The notes under the pieces were generated by a model that was not told the origin of the DNA, did no database searches, and worked only from the letters and a program-made list of their open reading frames with translations. From positions 992,001 through 1,056,000 of the forward strand of contig JAUPSS010000006.1 in the NCBI GenBank assembly GCA_040285825.1: a DNA stretch of 64,000 bases, written 5' to 3'. The stretch comes from Eukaryota sp. TZLM1-RC (Eukaryota; Protista; Metamonada: BaSk clade). Shown one piece after another: positions 48,480 to 62,719 of the stretch (position 1 is the first letter of the stretch; each line of letters opens with the position of its first letter). A program made the position numbers and the translations under genes.

Positions 48480-51369
48480 AAAGATTTTTGCAAAAAAGAT
48501 GTTGCAGATTCAAGAAATGGTCGAAAACTTCTGTTTTTGTACGAATTGTAAAAGCCGTTGATACCGTAAGACCCCCGATCCGGATCCCAGTAGAAATAAG
48601 TCCCGCCAGCACAATCCCCTTCTCAATGGTAATGAGAAATTTTACTTCTGAATAATAAGTGGAATATTTCATCCTTCTGGAAATATTTTTGCTCGAAAAA
48701 AACAAAAAAATTGTTTTTAAGAAAAAAAATTTGGAAATAGAAAAAAATTGTAAAATCAAAAAAATTTGCCGTAAATTGTGCTTACGTGGTCGTTATGGTG
48801 CCGCAATGCAGTCTTTGTTTTCCTCTTCTTTGGCTGATGCAAACTCTGATACCCTTGAAAAAAACTTCAAAAGTTGCATCCTCAAGAAAATTTCAAGTGC
48901 AGCAAGCCTGAAGTGTGTCCTTTTTGGATTGAAAATCCTATTACTGCAATTGAAGTTCTTAAAACTATTCAAAAAAATTGCCAAAGGGGAAAGCAGCAGG
49001 CCCATCTGGAATTTCTTTTGATCTGTTAATAATAGCGTGTTCCAGTGCTCCCGAAATTGCTGATGATCTAGCCCACTATTTTTCAACAATTGATTGTTTT
49101 TGAAAATTAATCCTCCATTTGAATTACTCACAGCACGTCTGATTGCTTTAGTAAAAGCCTGGAAACGGAATCAAACCTGATGGAATACGCCCAATTGCTG
49201 TTGGTGAATCTCTTTCTCGTTTGCTAGCATCAATTGTCTTCGATCGTGTCAAAGACAAAGCTTCTACATTTTTTTGAATCCTCATCAATTTGGAATCAAA
49301 ACAATTGATGGTGCTTCTGTTGCTGCTATTGCCTCTGATACCTTTTTTTAATGCAGAGGAAAATAATTTTTATTTTTTTAATCTCGACTTTTAAAAATGC
49401 TTTTAATTCTGTAAAAGCGAGAAGCAATTTTTTTGAAGTTATTAAATCTGATTTTTCCTGAGCTATCGAGTTTTTTTCTACCATTTTTACGGGAAAGAAT
49501 CAGATTTAATTTTTTTAATTCATTTGGTCTTAATTCATCTTCTGGAGTGAAGCAGGGAGATCCTTTAGGCCCATTATTGTTTTTGTTTAGCTATTCACAA
49601 AAACTTTAAATATCATTAAGCAAAAAAATACCCTTCTATAAAAAAATAGTTGCTTATATGGATGATATATCCTTGATTGGTTCATTTGATTTACTAGAAT
49701 TGGTTGCTCAAGAAATTGCCGATTCATATGAAAATATTGGGCTTCATCTTAATGCCAGCAAATGCCTTCTGATTGGCTCTTCTGCTCAAGACCTCGTGAT
49801 AAACGATTCTATTGTCCCTTTTACTAATTATAGTAGTGATGCTTTTTAAGTTCCTTGGTTGTTGGTTAGGAAATGTGCCTCAAATTCAGAATGAATTGCA
49901 AGTTATTTTGGAAAAAAATGAAAATTGAACTTGATTCAATTTCTTCTTTAGATATAGAAAAGCATATTAAATTTTTTTCATGCTTAAAATTTGCTACACT
50001 GGGAGAATAACCCACATTTTTGAGATCTTGTGCTCCTTCCATAGCATTAGATTTTTTTGTCGTTCTTTTAATTCATTGAGAACAGAATTTTTTTGCTGAT
50101 TTATTGGATGTAGAACCAGGAATGTTGAAAAAGCCATTTATTTTTCTTCAGCAAATTTGGGTGGTATTGGTTTTTACTAAATCTTCAATTTTTGTGTCAA
50201 TCAGCATTCTTGGGTGGTGGCAAAAATTTCATTTATGAATTTTTCTCGTAGATTTCCTGATGATTCTCATCTGTTAGTCCCCAATTGTAGTCCCTATTTG
50301 TATGAGTTATCTTGTGAACTTGAAAAAAATTACCGCCACAAATTTGGACCAAATGTTTTTCCTCAATCAATTCAAGAAATTCCAAAACCGATCTCTATTT
50401 AATTTACAGTTTTGCTGTAAAAAGCTTCAACAAAAAAATTGTCAAAGATTTTTTTGAAAGCTTGGATTTTGATGTTAGACTTGGCTTGGCCAAGAAAAAA
50501 AGAATCCCGCTTTTTGCAAATCTTTTTACAAGATATGTGTGACAGTACTTCTTCTGCCTTAGTAACAACAATTCCACAAGTTTATGGTACTCTCTTATCC
50601 GATTCTGCTTGGACTCTGAATATGAGATTTCGTTCCTTTATCTGGCCTGATAATTTACCTCATAATTTAATTTGTAAATGTTCTCGAGAAATTACAACTA
50701 CTCATTTGTTAAATTGTAAACATTTTTATTACTTTTTAGAAGCAAGGTTCATGATGCTGTAAGAGACCAGTTATATTGTATGTGTAAATCTCATAGAATT
50801 GAATCCTTCTTGGAACCTTTGTTGTCAAATCTGTTTGATGCTGAAAATGATTTTTCATAAGAATAATAGAGGTGATGTTATATTACCTGGATTAGATGGA
50901 AGCTTCATTTTATTGGATGTAATGTCTGTTGATCCTTGTAATGCCTCAAATGAAAGGCTTGTTAATTCTGAAATTCATAATCCCCTTTCAAATGCTGAAA
51001 ATTTTTAAATTCAAAAAAATACAATGAACCTTTGTCCAAATTGGCCAGTCTACAGCATGCAAAAATACAATTTGTATCCATTTGTATTTTTCCCTTTTTG
51101 GTTCACTTGCACCAACTGCTTTTACGTTTTTTTGGATGATTTTTGAAATGATTGTAAAGAGAAGAACTGGCAGAAATTTCAACAGATTGTTTTGGCAAAA
51201 ATAGAATTGTGTTTTCTATTTTTTTAAGGGGATGTTGAAGATGGTTTCTGATGCTTTGCTTTCTCTTGGATCTCACTATGAGAGAGTTGCATCTAGTGTT
51301 TTTTTGTTTTTGGGAGAGATGGATTTTTTTAGATGTTGATTTATAGGTTTAGAATAAAAATTAAATTTA
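48480..51369 (+). mobile_element. 2.9-kb family A element inserted in family B
   Basis: TSD TTCTACGTTGCATGA (48465-48479, 51370-51384); full RT and endonuclease motif series. Confidence 0.9.
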
Positions 51370-53873
51370 TTCTACGTTGCATGATGCAGTCAGAGATCAA
51401 ATCCATGCAATGTGTAATTCCTATCATATTGAATCTTTTTGTAGAACCTTTGTTGAGGTCTCTTGATATAAATGAAAGCGTAAGAGATTCAGAATATGGA
51501 AAACGACGTGCTGATGTTGTTGTGCCCTCGTTTGATGATGTCATGAATGTTGTTGATGTCGTAACAGTGGATGTTTGCAAGAAAAAAATGCCTTGAAAAA
51601 AATGCTCAATCTGAAGTATCCCCCTTGATGACTCCGAATTGTACAAACGGAAAAAAATATGCAAATCCTTTAAAAGAATTGAAACATGTTCGCCATGTAG
51701 ATTACCAAATTTGCCCATTTGCTATATCGTTGTATGGTCGTCTTGGAAAAAAACTGCTATGAATTTTTATTGATGATTTTTGAAAAATCTTGTGAAAAGA
51801 AGAATGAATAAGCGTTTTTGATCGTCGCTTGTGGCTAAAATCGTATTGTTTTTTTACCATTTTTCAAATCAATTCCTAAAATGAATTCGAAAAGCTTTGA
51901 TGTCTGTCAGTGCACATTACGAAGAAATTGCTGTTGTGAGGTTTGATGGTGTGGAAGCTTGTTTTTGAAGATATTGACTTTTTAGACTGTAGTTTAATAA
52001 TAAATTAAAATTTTTTTCATTAAAAAAATAATATGAACCTTTGTCCAAATTGGCCAGTCTACAGCATGCAAAAATACAATTTGTATCCATTTGTACTTTC
52101 CCTTTTTTTGGTTCACTTGCACCAACTGCTTTTACGTTTTTGGATGATTTTTGAAATGATTGTAAAAAGGTGTTGGATTCAATTCATCAAAATATTTGAC
52201 CAAAAGCTGCATTTATTGGTGGTGGAAAAAAATTTTTGTATTTGAATTCTCTAGAAGATATCCTTTTTTTCCGAAAATCTTCTTGAAACTACAAATAGCT
52301 TATTCCTCGATAACTTAAGAGAAGAAATATCCAGTTTATCTCCCGACTTATGGCAATCATGTTTCCCCATATCCATTCAAGAAATTCCAGACAGAAGTTT
52401 GTATTCATTAAAATTTGCGTTGAAAAAAAGCTCCAACGACATCTTTTTGAGAAAAATTTGAAAGCAAGGATTTTTATTGTTCGACTTAGCACGGCTAAGA
52501 AAGAAAATCCTGCTTTTGCAAATTTTTGATTGATTTGAAGGACAGTTCATCTGCAGTTTTGATAAATCAAATTCCCCAGATTTTTTTGTCCTATTTTTTT
52601 GAATGACGACCAATGGACCACTGCTATGAGAATGCGTTGTTATTTATGGCCTTGTAATTTGCCCAATGATTTGTTTTGCAAATGTGGAGCTGGTTTAACA
52701 TTATCACATTTATTTAATTGTAATAGATTTATTTCCTATCGTTCTACGTTGCATGATGCAGTCAGAGATCAAATCCATGCAATGTGTAATTCCTATCATA
52801 TTGAATCTTTTTGTAGAACCTTTGTTGAGGTCTCTTGATATAAATGAAAGCGCAAGAGATTCAGAATATGGAAAACGACGTGCTGATGTTGTTGTGCCCT
52901 CGTTTGATGATGTCATGAATGTTGTTGATGTCGTAACAGTGGATGTTTGCAAGAAAAAAATGCCTTGAAAAAAATGCTCAATCTGAAGTATCCCCCTTGA
53001 TGACTCCGAATTGTACAAACGAAAAAAATATGCAAATCCTTTAAAAAGAATTGAAACATGTTCGCCATGTAGATTACCAAATTCGCCCATTTGCTATATC
53101 GTTGTATGGTCGTCTTGGAAAAAAACTGCTATGAATTTTATTGATGATTTTTGAAAATCTTGTGAAAAAGAAGAATGAATAAGCGTTTTTGATCGTCGCT
53201 TGTGGCTAAATCGTATTGTTTTTACTATTTTTCAAATCAATTCCTAAAAATGATTTCGAAAGCTTTGATGTCTGTCAGTGCACATTACGAAGAAATTGCT
53301 GTTGTGAGGTTTGATGGTGTGGAAGCTTGTTTTGAAGATATTGACTTTTTAGACTGTAGTTGAATAATAAATTAAAAATTTTTCATTAACAAAATACAAT
53401 GAACCTTTGTCCAAATTGGCCAGTCTACAGCATGCAAAAATACAATTTGTATCCATTTGTACTTTCCCTTTTTGGTTTACTTGCACGAACTGCTTTTAGG
53501 TTTTTGGATGATTTTTTGAAATGATTGTAAAAAGGTGTTGGATTCAATTCATCAAAATATTTGACCAAAGCTGCATTTTATTGGTGGTGGAAAAAAATTT
53601 TTGTATTTGAATTCTATAGAAGATATCCTTTTGCCGAAAATCTTCTTGAAACTACAAATAGCTTATTCCTCGATAACTTAAGAGAAGAAATATCCAGTTT
53701 ATCTCCCGACTTATGGCAATCATGTTTCCCCATATCCATTCAAGAAATTCCAGACAGAAGTTTGTATTCATTAAAATTTGCGTTGAAAAAGCTCCAACGA
53801 CATCTTTTGAGAAAATTTGAAAGCAAGGATTTTATTGTTCGACTTAGCACGGCTAAGAAAGAAAATCCTGCTT
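51370..53873 (+). mobile_element. Family B 3' segments with A/B chimeric repeat units
   Basis: B 3' ends at ~52020 and ~53385, each followed by ~150 bp of family A endonuclease sequence. Confidence 0.85.
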
Positions 53874-55816
53874 CTTTTTTAAAATTTAATTTTATTCTAA
53901 ACCTATAAATCAACATCTAAAAAATCCATCTCTCCCAAAACAAAAACACTAGATGCAACTCTCTCATAGTGAGATCCAAGAGAAAGCAAAGCATCAGAAA
54001 CCATCTTCAACATCCCCTTAAAAATAGAAAACACAATTCTATTTTGCCAAAACAATCTGTTGAAATTTCTGCCAGTTCTTCTCTTTACAATCATTTCAAA
54101 ATCATCCAAAAAACGTAAAGCAGTTGGTGCAAGTGAACCAAAAAGGGAAAATACAAATGGATACAAATTGTATTTTGCATGCTGTAGACTGGCCAATTTG
54201 GACAAAGGTTCATTGTATTTTTTTGAATTTAAAATTTTTCAACATTTGAAAGGGGATTATGAATTTCAGAATTAACAAGCCTTTCATTTGAGGCATTACA
54301 AGGATCAACAGACATTACATCCAATAAAATGAAGCTTCCATCTAATCCAGGTAATATGACATCACCTCTATTATTCTTATGAAAATCATTTTCAGCATCA
54401 AACAGATTTGACAACAGAGGTTCCAAGAAGGATTCAATTCTATGAGATTTACACATACAATATAACTGGTCTCTTACAGCATCATGAACCTTGCTTCTAA
54501 AAGTAATAAAATGTTTACAATTTAACAAATGAGTAGTTGTAATTTCTCGAGAACATTTACAAATTAAATTATGAGGTGAATTATCGGGCCAGATAAAGGA
54601 ACGAAATCTCATATTCAGAGTCCAAGCAGAATCGGATAAGAGAGTACCATAAACTTGTGGAATTGTTGTTACTAAGGCAGAAGTACTGTCACACATATCT
54701 TGTAAAAAGATTTGCAAAAGCGGGATTCTTTTTTTCTTGGCCAAGCCAAGTCTAACATCAAAATCCAAGCTTTCAAAAAAATCTTTGACAATTTTTTGTT
54801 GAAGCTTTTTACAGCAAATCTGTAAATTAAATAGAGATCGGTTTGGAATTTCTTGAATTGATTGAGGAAAAACATTTGGTCCAAATTTGTGGCGGCAATT
54901 TTTTTCAAGTTCACAAGATAACTCATACAAATAGGGACTACAATTGGGGACTAACAGATGAGAATCATCAGGAAATCTACGAGAAAAATTCATAAATAAA
55001 AATTTTTTGCCACCACCCAAGAATGCTGATTGACACAAAATTGAAGATTTAGTAAATCCAATACCCCCAAATTTGCTGAAGAAAATAAGTGACTTTTCAA
55101 CATTCCTGGTTCTACATCCAATAAATCAGCAAAAAAATTCTGTTCTCAATGAATTGAATGAACGACAAAAATCTAATGCTATGGAAGGAGCACAAGATCT
55201 CAAAATGTGGGTTATTCTCCCAGTGTAGCAAATTTTTAAGCATGAAAAAAATTTAATATGCTTTTCTATATCTAAAGAAGAAATTGAATCAAGTTCAATT
55301 TTTCATTTTTCCAAAATAACTTGCAATTCATTATGAATTTGAGACACATTTCCTAACCAACAACCAAGGAACTTAAAAGCATCACTACTATAATTAGTAA
55401 AAGGGACAATAGAATCGTTTATCACGAGGTCTTGAGCAGAAGAGCCAATCAGAAGGCATTTGCTGGCATTAAGATGAAGCCCAATATTTTTCATATGAAT
55501 CGGCAATTTCTTGAGCAACCAATTCTAGTAAATCAAATGAACCAATCAAGGATATATCATCCATATAAGCAACTATTTTTATGGAAGGGTATTTTTGCTT
55601 AATGATATTTAAAGTTTTGTGAATAGCTAAACAAAACAATAATGGACCTAAAGGATCACCTTGCTTCACTCCAGAAGATGATTTAAGACCAAATGAATGA
55701 AAAATTAAATCTGATTCTTTCCCATAAAAATGGTAGAAAAAACTCGATAGCTCAGGAAAATCAGATTTAATAACTTCAAAAATTGCTTCTCGCTTTACAG
55801 AATTAAAAGCATTTTT
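53874..55816 (-). mobile_element. 5'-truncated family A element inserted antisense in family B
   Basis: T-run (tail) at the left; TSD AAATCCTGCTT (53863-53873, 55817-55827). Confidence 0.9.
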
Positions 55817-57175
55817 AAATCCTGCTTTTGCAAATTTTTTGATTGATTTGAAGGACAGTTCATCTGCAGTTTTGATAAATCAAATTCCCCAGATTTTTGG
55901 CCTATTTTTGAATGACGACCAATGGACCACTGCTATGAGAATGCGTTGTTATTTATGGCCTTGTAATTTGCCCAATGATTTGTTTTGCAAATGTGGAGCT
56001 GGTTTGACATTATCACATTTATTTAATTGTAATAGATTTATTTCCTATCGTTCTACGTTGCATGATGCAGTCAGAGATCAAATCCATGCAATGTGTAATT
56101 CCTATCATATTGAATCTTTTGTAGAACCTTTGTTGAGGTCTCTTGATATAAATGAAAGCGTAAGAGATTCAGAATATGGAAAACGACGTGCTGATGTTGT
56201 TGTGCCCTCGTTTGATGATGTCATGAATGTTGTTGATGTCGTAACAGTGGATGTTTGCAAGAAAAAAATGCCTTGAAAAAAATGCTCAATCTGAAGTATC
56301 CCCCTTGATGACTCCGAATTGTACAAACGGAAAAAAAATATGCAAAATCCTTTAAAAGAATTGAAACATGTTCGCCATGTAGATTACCAAATTTGCCCAT
56401 TTGCTATATCGTTGTATGGTCGTCTTGGAAAAAAACTGCTATGAATTTTATTGATGATTTTGAAAATCTTGTGAAAAGAAGAATGAATAAGCGTTTTGAT
56501 CGTCGCTTGTGGCTAAATCGTATTGTTTTTACCATTTTCAAATCAATTCCTAAAATGAATTCGAAAGCTTTGATGTCTGTCAGTGCACATTACGAAGAAA
56601 TTGCTGTTGTGAGGTTTGATGGTGTGGAAGCTTGTTTTGAAGATATTGACTTTTAGACTGTAGTTTAATAATAAATTAAAATTTTTCATTAAAAAAATAA
56701 TATGAACCTTTGTCCAAATTGGCCAGTCTACAGCATGCAAAATACAATTTGTATCCATTTGTACTTTCCCTTTTTGGTTCACTTGCACCAACTGCTTTAC
56801 GTTTTTGGATGATTTTGAAATGATTGTAAAAAGGTGTTGGATTCAATTCATCAAAATATTTGACCAAAGCTGCATTTATTGGTGGTGGAAAAATTTTTTT
56901 GTATTTGAATTCTCTAGAAGATATCCTTTTTTTCCGAAAATCTTCTTGAAACTACAAATAGCTTATTCCTCGATAACTTAAAAAGAAGAAATATCCAGTT
57001 TATCTCCCGACTTATGGCAATCATGTTTCCCCATATCCATTCAAGAAATTCCAGACAGAAGTTTGTATTCATTAAAATTTGCGTTGAAAAAGCTCCAACG
57101 ACATCTTTTGAGAAGAATTTGAAAGCAAGGATTTTATTGTTCGACTTAGCACGGCTAAGAAAAAAAATCCTGCTT

Positions 57176-59109
57176 TTTTTAAAATTTAATTTTATTCTAA
57201 ACCTATAAATCAACATCTAAAAAAATCCATCTCTCCCAAAACAAAAACACTAGATGCAACTCTCTCATAGTGAGATCCAAGAGAAAGCAAAAGCATCAGA
57301 AACCATCTTCATCATCCCCTTAAAAAATAGAAAACACAATTCTATTTTTGCCAAAACAATCTGTTGAAATTTCTGCCAGTTCTTCTCTTTACAATCATTT
57401 CAAAATCATCCAAAAAAACGTAAAAGCAGTTGGTGCAGAGTGAACCAAAAAGGGAAAATACAAAATGGATACAAATTGTATTTTTGCATGCTGTAGACTG
57501 GCCAATTTGGACAAAGGTTCATTGTATTTTTGAATTTAAAATTTTTCAACATTTGAAAGGGATTATGAATTTCAGAATTAACAAGCCTTTCATTTGAGGC
57601 ATTACAAGGATCAACAGACATTACATCCAATAAAATGAAGCTTCCATCTAATCCAGGAAATATGACATCACCTCTATTATTCTTATGAAAATCATTTTTC
57701 AGCATCAAACAGATTTGACAACAGAGGTTCCAAGAAGGATTCAATTCTATGAGATTTTACATACAATATAACTGGTCTCTTACAGCATCATGAACCTTGC
57801 TTCTAAAAGTAATAAAATGTTTACAATTTAACAAATGAGTAGTTGTAATTTCTCGAGAACATTTACAAATTAAATTATGAGGTAAATTATCAGGCCAGAT
57901 AAAGGAACGAAATCTCATATTCAGAGTCCAAGCAGAATCGGATAAGAGAGTACCATAAACTTGTGGAATTGTTGTTACTAAGGCAGAAGTACTGTCACAC
58001 ATATCTTGTAAAAGATTTGCAAAAGCGGGATTCTTTTTCTTGGCCAAGCCAAGTCTAACATCAAAATCCAAGCTTTCAAAAATCTTTGACAATTTTTGTT
58101 GAAGCTTTTTACAGCAAATCTGTAAATTAAATAGAGATCGGTTTGGAATTTCTTGAATTGATTGAGGAAAACATTTGGTCCAAATTTGTGGCGGCAATTT
58201 TTCAAGTTCACAAGATAACTCATACAAATAGGGACTACAATTGGGGACTAACAGATGAGAATCATCAGGAAATCTACGAGAAAATTCATAAATAAAATTT
58301 TTGCCACCACCCAAGAATGCTGATTGACACAAAATTGAAGATTTAGTAAATCCAATACCCCCCAAATTTGCTGAAGAAAATAAGTGACTTTTCAACATTC
58401 CTGGTTCTACATCCAATAAATCAGCAAAAAATTCTGTTCTCAATGAATTGAATGAACGACAAAAATCTAATGCTATGGAAGGAGCACAAGATCTCAAAAT
58501 GTGGGTTATTCTCCCAGTGTAGCAAATTTTTAAGCATGAAAAAAATTTAATATGCTTTTCTATATCTAAAGAAGAAATTGAATCAAGTTCAATTTTCATT
58601 TTTTCCAAAATAACTTGCAATTCATTATGAATTTGAGACACATTTCCTAACCAACAACCAAGGAACTTAAAAGCATCACTACTATAATTAGTAAAAGGGA
58701 CAATAGAATCGTTTATCACGAGGTCTTGAGCAGAAGAGCCAATCAGAAGGCATTTGCTGGCATTAAGATGAAGCCCAATATTTTCATATGAATCGGCAAT
58801 TTCTTGAGCAACCAATTCTAGTAAATCAAATGAACCAATCAAAGATATATCATCCATATAAGCAACTATTTTTATGGAAGGGTATTTTTGCTTAATGATA
58901 TTTAAAGTTTTGTGAATAGCTAAACCAAACAATAATGGACCTAAAGGATCACCTTGCTTCACACCAGAAGATGATTTAAGTCCAAATGAATTAAAAATTA
59001 AATCTGATTCTTTCCCATAAAAATGGTAAAAAAAACTCGATAGCTCAGGAAAATCAGATTTAATAACTTCAAAAATTGCTTCTCGCTTTACAGAATTAAA
59101 AGCATTTTT
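57176..59109 (-). mobile_element. Duplicate of the 53874-55816 insertion (~3.3-kb tandem duplication)
   Basis: Same TSD (57165-57175, 59110-59120) and same 5' truncation point. Confidence 0.9.
57757..58962 (-). CDS. Longest uninterrupted family A ORF: RT palm to zinc finger
   Basis: QGDPLGPLLF, AYMDD, KFLGCWLG, LGGIG, CKC-x7-H-x3-C, HDAVRD. Confidence 0.85.
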   Translation of the reverse strand: MKQGDPLGPLLFGLAIHKTLNIIKQKYPSIKIVAYMDDISLIGSFDLLELVAQEIADSYENIGLHLNASKCLLIGSSAQDLVINDSIVPFTNYSSDAFKFLGCWLGNVSQIHNELQVILEKMKIELDSISSLDIEKHIKFFSCLKICYTGRITHILRSCAPSIALDFCRSFNSLRTEFFADLLDVEPGMLKSHLFSSANLGGIGFTKSSILCQSAFLGGGKNFIYEFSRRFPDDSHLLVPNCSPYLYELSCELEKLPPQIWTKCFPQSIQEIPNRSLFNLQICCKKLQQKLSKIFESLDFDVRLGLAKKKNPAFANLLQDMCDSTSALVTTIPQVYGTLLSDSAWTLNMRFRSFIWPDNLPHNLICKCSREITTTHLLNCKHFITFRSKVHDAVRDQLYCM

Positions 59110-59953
59110 AAATCCTGCTTTTGCAAATTTTTTGATTGATTTGAAGGACAGTTCATCTGCAGTTTCGATAAATCAAATTCCCCAGATTTTTGTCCTATTT
59201 TTGAATGACGACCAATGGACCACTGCTATGAGAATGCGTTGTTATTTATGGCCTTGTAATTTGCCCAATGATTTGTTTTGCAAATGTGGAGCTGGTTTAA
59301 CATTATCACATTTATTTAATTGTAATAGATTTATTTCCTATCGTTCTACGTTGCATGATGCAGTCAGAGATCAAATCCATGCAATGTGTAATTCCTATCA
59401 TATTGAATCTTTTGTAGAACCTTTGTTGAGGTCTCTTGATATAAATGAAAGCGTAAGAGATTCAGAATATGGAAAACGACGTGCTGATGTTGTTGTGCCC
59501 TCGTTTGATGATGTCATGAATGTTGTTGATGTCGTAACAGTGGATGTTTGCAAGAAAAATGCCTTGAAAAAATGCTCAATCTGAAGTATCCCCCTTGATG
59601 ACTCCAGATTGTACAAACGGAAAAAATATGCAAATCCTTTAAAAGAATTGAAACATGTTCGCCATGTAGATTACCAAATTTGCCCATTTGCTATATCGTT
59701 GTATGGTCGTCTTGGAAAACTGCTATGAATTTTATTGATGATTTTTGAAAAATCTTGTGAAAAGAAGAATGAATAAGCGTTTTTGATCGTCGCTTGTGGC
59801 TAAAATCGTATTGTTTTTACTATTTTTCAAATCAATTCCTAAAAATGATTTCGAAAGCTTTGATGTCTGTCAGTGCACATTACAGAAGAAATTGCTGTTG
59901 TGAGGTTTTGATGGTGTGGAAGCTTGTTTTGAAGATATTGACTTTTAGACTGT

Positions 59954-60564
59954 TAGAGACACTGTTTTCAATATGGCACAAACTGCAAGGATATCGTGTA
60001 TCAAAGAGCCCCTGCTGAAGGAAACACTTTCTCTGAATAATTTTGGTTCTGATGATAGAGGTGATGTATACTGTGATTGGATTGATAATTCTGAAGCTAT
60101 TGTTGACTTTGTCTCATGTAATGTTGCAAAACGATACTTTGGTTCATAGAAGAAAACTTAATCCTGTTGCTGCTCTGGATTTTTAAAAGCAAAAGAAAAA
60201 CATAGAAAATATGATAAAAGAAATTGAAGATGCAATTGTCGATAGAAATACACAGCTGGTTTTATTGCTTTTCCCATTTTCGATAAATGGAAGATTATCA
60301 GTTGAAGCAGAAACTTTTTTTGGATGACTTCCAAAAAAATGGTGAAAGAAAAAACAATGAAAAAGATTTGATATTTTTTTATGGCGTTCACGGATTCAAT
60401 TTGCCATTATTAATAGATTACCGCGGTTTTTCAATCGAATTAGAGAAGCTTTAGCTAGACAGCAAGCAAATCAAGATTTTGTAGAGGAAATCTTGGTTTT
60501 AATGATAGTCGTCCCATTAGTTATGATTTAATTTAATCAAGTGTGCAAATTCAATAAATATATT
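59954..60564 (+). mobile_element. 5'-truncated family D element inserted at the family B stop codon
   Basis: TSD CTTTTAGACTGT (59942-59953, 60565-60576); homologous to 40210-40650. Confidence 0.85.
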
Positions 60565-60598
60565 CTTTTAGACTGTAGTTTAATAAGTTGCTTTAATA

Positions 60599-62719
60599 TC
60601 GTTTGCTAGCATCAATTGTCTTCGATCGTGTCAAAGACAAAGCTTCTACATTTTTGAATCCTCATCAATTTGGAATCAAAACAATTGATGGTGCTTCTGT
60701 TGCTGCTATTGCCTCTGATACCTTTTTTAATGCAGAGGAAAATAATTTTATTTTTAATCTCGACTTTAAAAATGCTTTTAATTCTGTAAAGCGAGAAGCA
60801 ATTTTTGAAGTTATTAAATCTGATTTTCCTGAGCTATCGAGTTTTTTCTACCATTTTTATGGGAAAGAATCAGATTTAATTTTTAATTCATTTGGTCTTA
60901 AATCATCTTCTGGAGTGAAGCAGGGAGATCCTTTAGGCCCATTATTGTTTTGTTTAGCTATTCACAAAACTTTAAATATCATTAAGCAAAAATACCCTTC
61001 TATAAAAATAGTTGCTTATATGGATGATATATCCTTGATTGGTTCATTTGATTTACTAGAATTGGTTGCTCAAGAAATTGCCGATTCATATGAAAATATT
61101 GGGCTTCATCTTAATGCCAGCAAATGCCTTCTGATTGGCTCTTCTGCTCAAGACCTCGTGATAAACGATTCTATTGTCCCTTTTACTAATTATAGTAGTG
61201 ATGCTTTTTAAGTTCCTTGGTTGTTGGTTAGGAAATGTGCCTCAAATTCAGAATGAATTGCAAGTTATTTTGGAAAAAATGAAAATTGAACTTGATTCAA
61301 TTTCTTCTTTAGATATAGAAAAAGCATATTAAATTTTTCATGCTTAAAAATTTGCTACACTGGGAGAATAACCCACATTTTGAGATCTTGTGCTCCTTCC
61401 ATAGCATTAGTTTTTTTTGTCGTTCTTTTTAATTCATTGAGAACAGAATTTTTTTGCTGATTTATTGGATGTAGAACCAGGAATGTTGAAAAAGCCATTT
61501 ATTTTCTTCAGCAAATTTGGGTGGTATTGGTTTTTACTAAATCTTCAATTTTGTGTCAATCAGCATTCTTGGGTGGTGGCAAAAATTTTATTTATGAATT
61601 TTTCTCGTAGATTTCCTGATGATTCTCATCTGTTAGTCCCCAATTGTAGTCCCTATTTGTATGAGTTATCTTGTGAACTTGAAAAATTACCGCCACAAAT
61701 TTGGACCAAATGTTTTCCTCAATCAATTCAAGAAATTCCAAACCGATCTCTATTTAATTTACAGTTTTGCTGTAAAAAGCTTCAACAAAAAATTGTCAAA
61801 GATTTTTTTGAAAGCTTGGATTTTGATGTTAGACTTGGCTTGGCCAAGAAAAAAAGAATCCGCTTTTGCAAATCTTTTACAAGATATGTGTGACAGTACT
61901 TCTTCTGCCTTAGTAACAACAATTCCACAAGTTTATGGTACTCTCTTATCCGATTCTGCTTGGACTCTGAATATGAGATTTCGTTCCTTTATCTGGCCTG
62001 ATAATTTACCTCATAATTTAATTTGTAAATGTTCTCGAGAAATTACAACTACTCATTTGTTAAATTGTAAACATTTTATTACTTTTAGAAGCAAGGTTCA
62101 TGATGCTGTAAGAGACCAGTTATATTGTATGTGTAAATCTCATAGAATTGAATCCTTCTTGGAACCTCTGTTGTCAAATCTGTTTTGATGCTGAAAATGA
62201 TTTTCATAAGAATAATAGAGGTGATGTCATATTACCTGGATTAGATGGAAGCTTCATTTTATTGGATGTAATGTCTGTTGATCCTTGTAATGCCTCAAAT
62301 GAAAGGCTTGTTAATTCTGAAATTCATAATCCCCTTTCAAATGCTGAAAATTTTAAATTCAAAAATACAATGAACCTTTGTCCAAATTGGCCAGTCTACA
62401 GCATGCAAAAATACAATTTGTATCCATTTGTATTTTTCCCTTTTTGGTTCACTTGCACCAACTGCTTTTACGTTTTTTTGGATGATTTTGGAAATGATTG
62501 TAAAGAGAAGAACTGGCAGAAATTTCAACAGATTGTTTTTGGCAAAATAGAATTGTGTTTTCTATTTTTAAGGGAATGTTGAAGATGGTTTCTGATGCTT
62601 TGCTTTCTCTTGGATCTCACTATGAGAGTTGCATCTAGTGTTTTTGTTTTGGGAGAGATGGATTTTTTTAGATGTTGATTTATAGGTTTAGAATAAAATT
62701 AAATTTTTTAAAAAAAAAA
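60599..62719 (+). mobile_element. 5'-truncated family A element with poly(A) tail
   Basis: ORF 60603-61211 has LDFKNAFNSV, QGDPLGP, YMDD; ends DVDL*, AATAAA, A-run at ~62709-62719. Confidence 0.9.
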
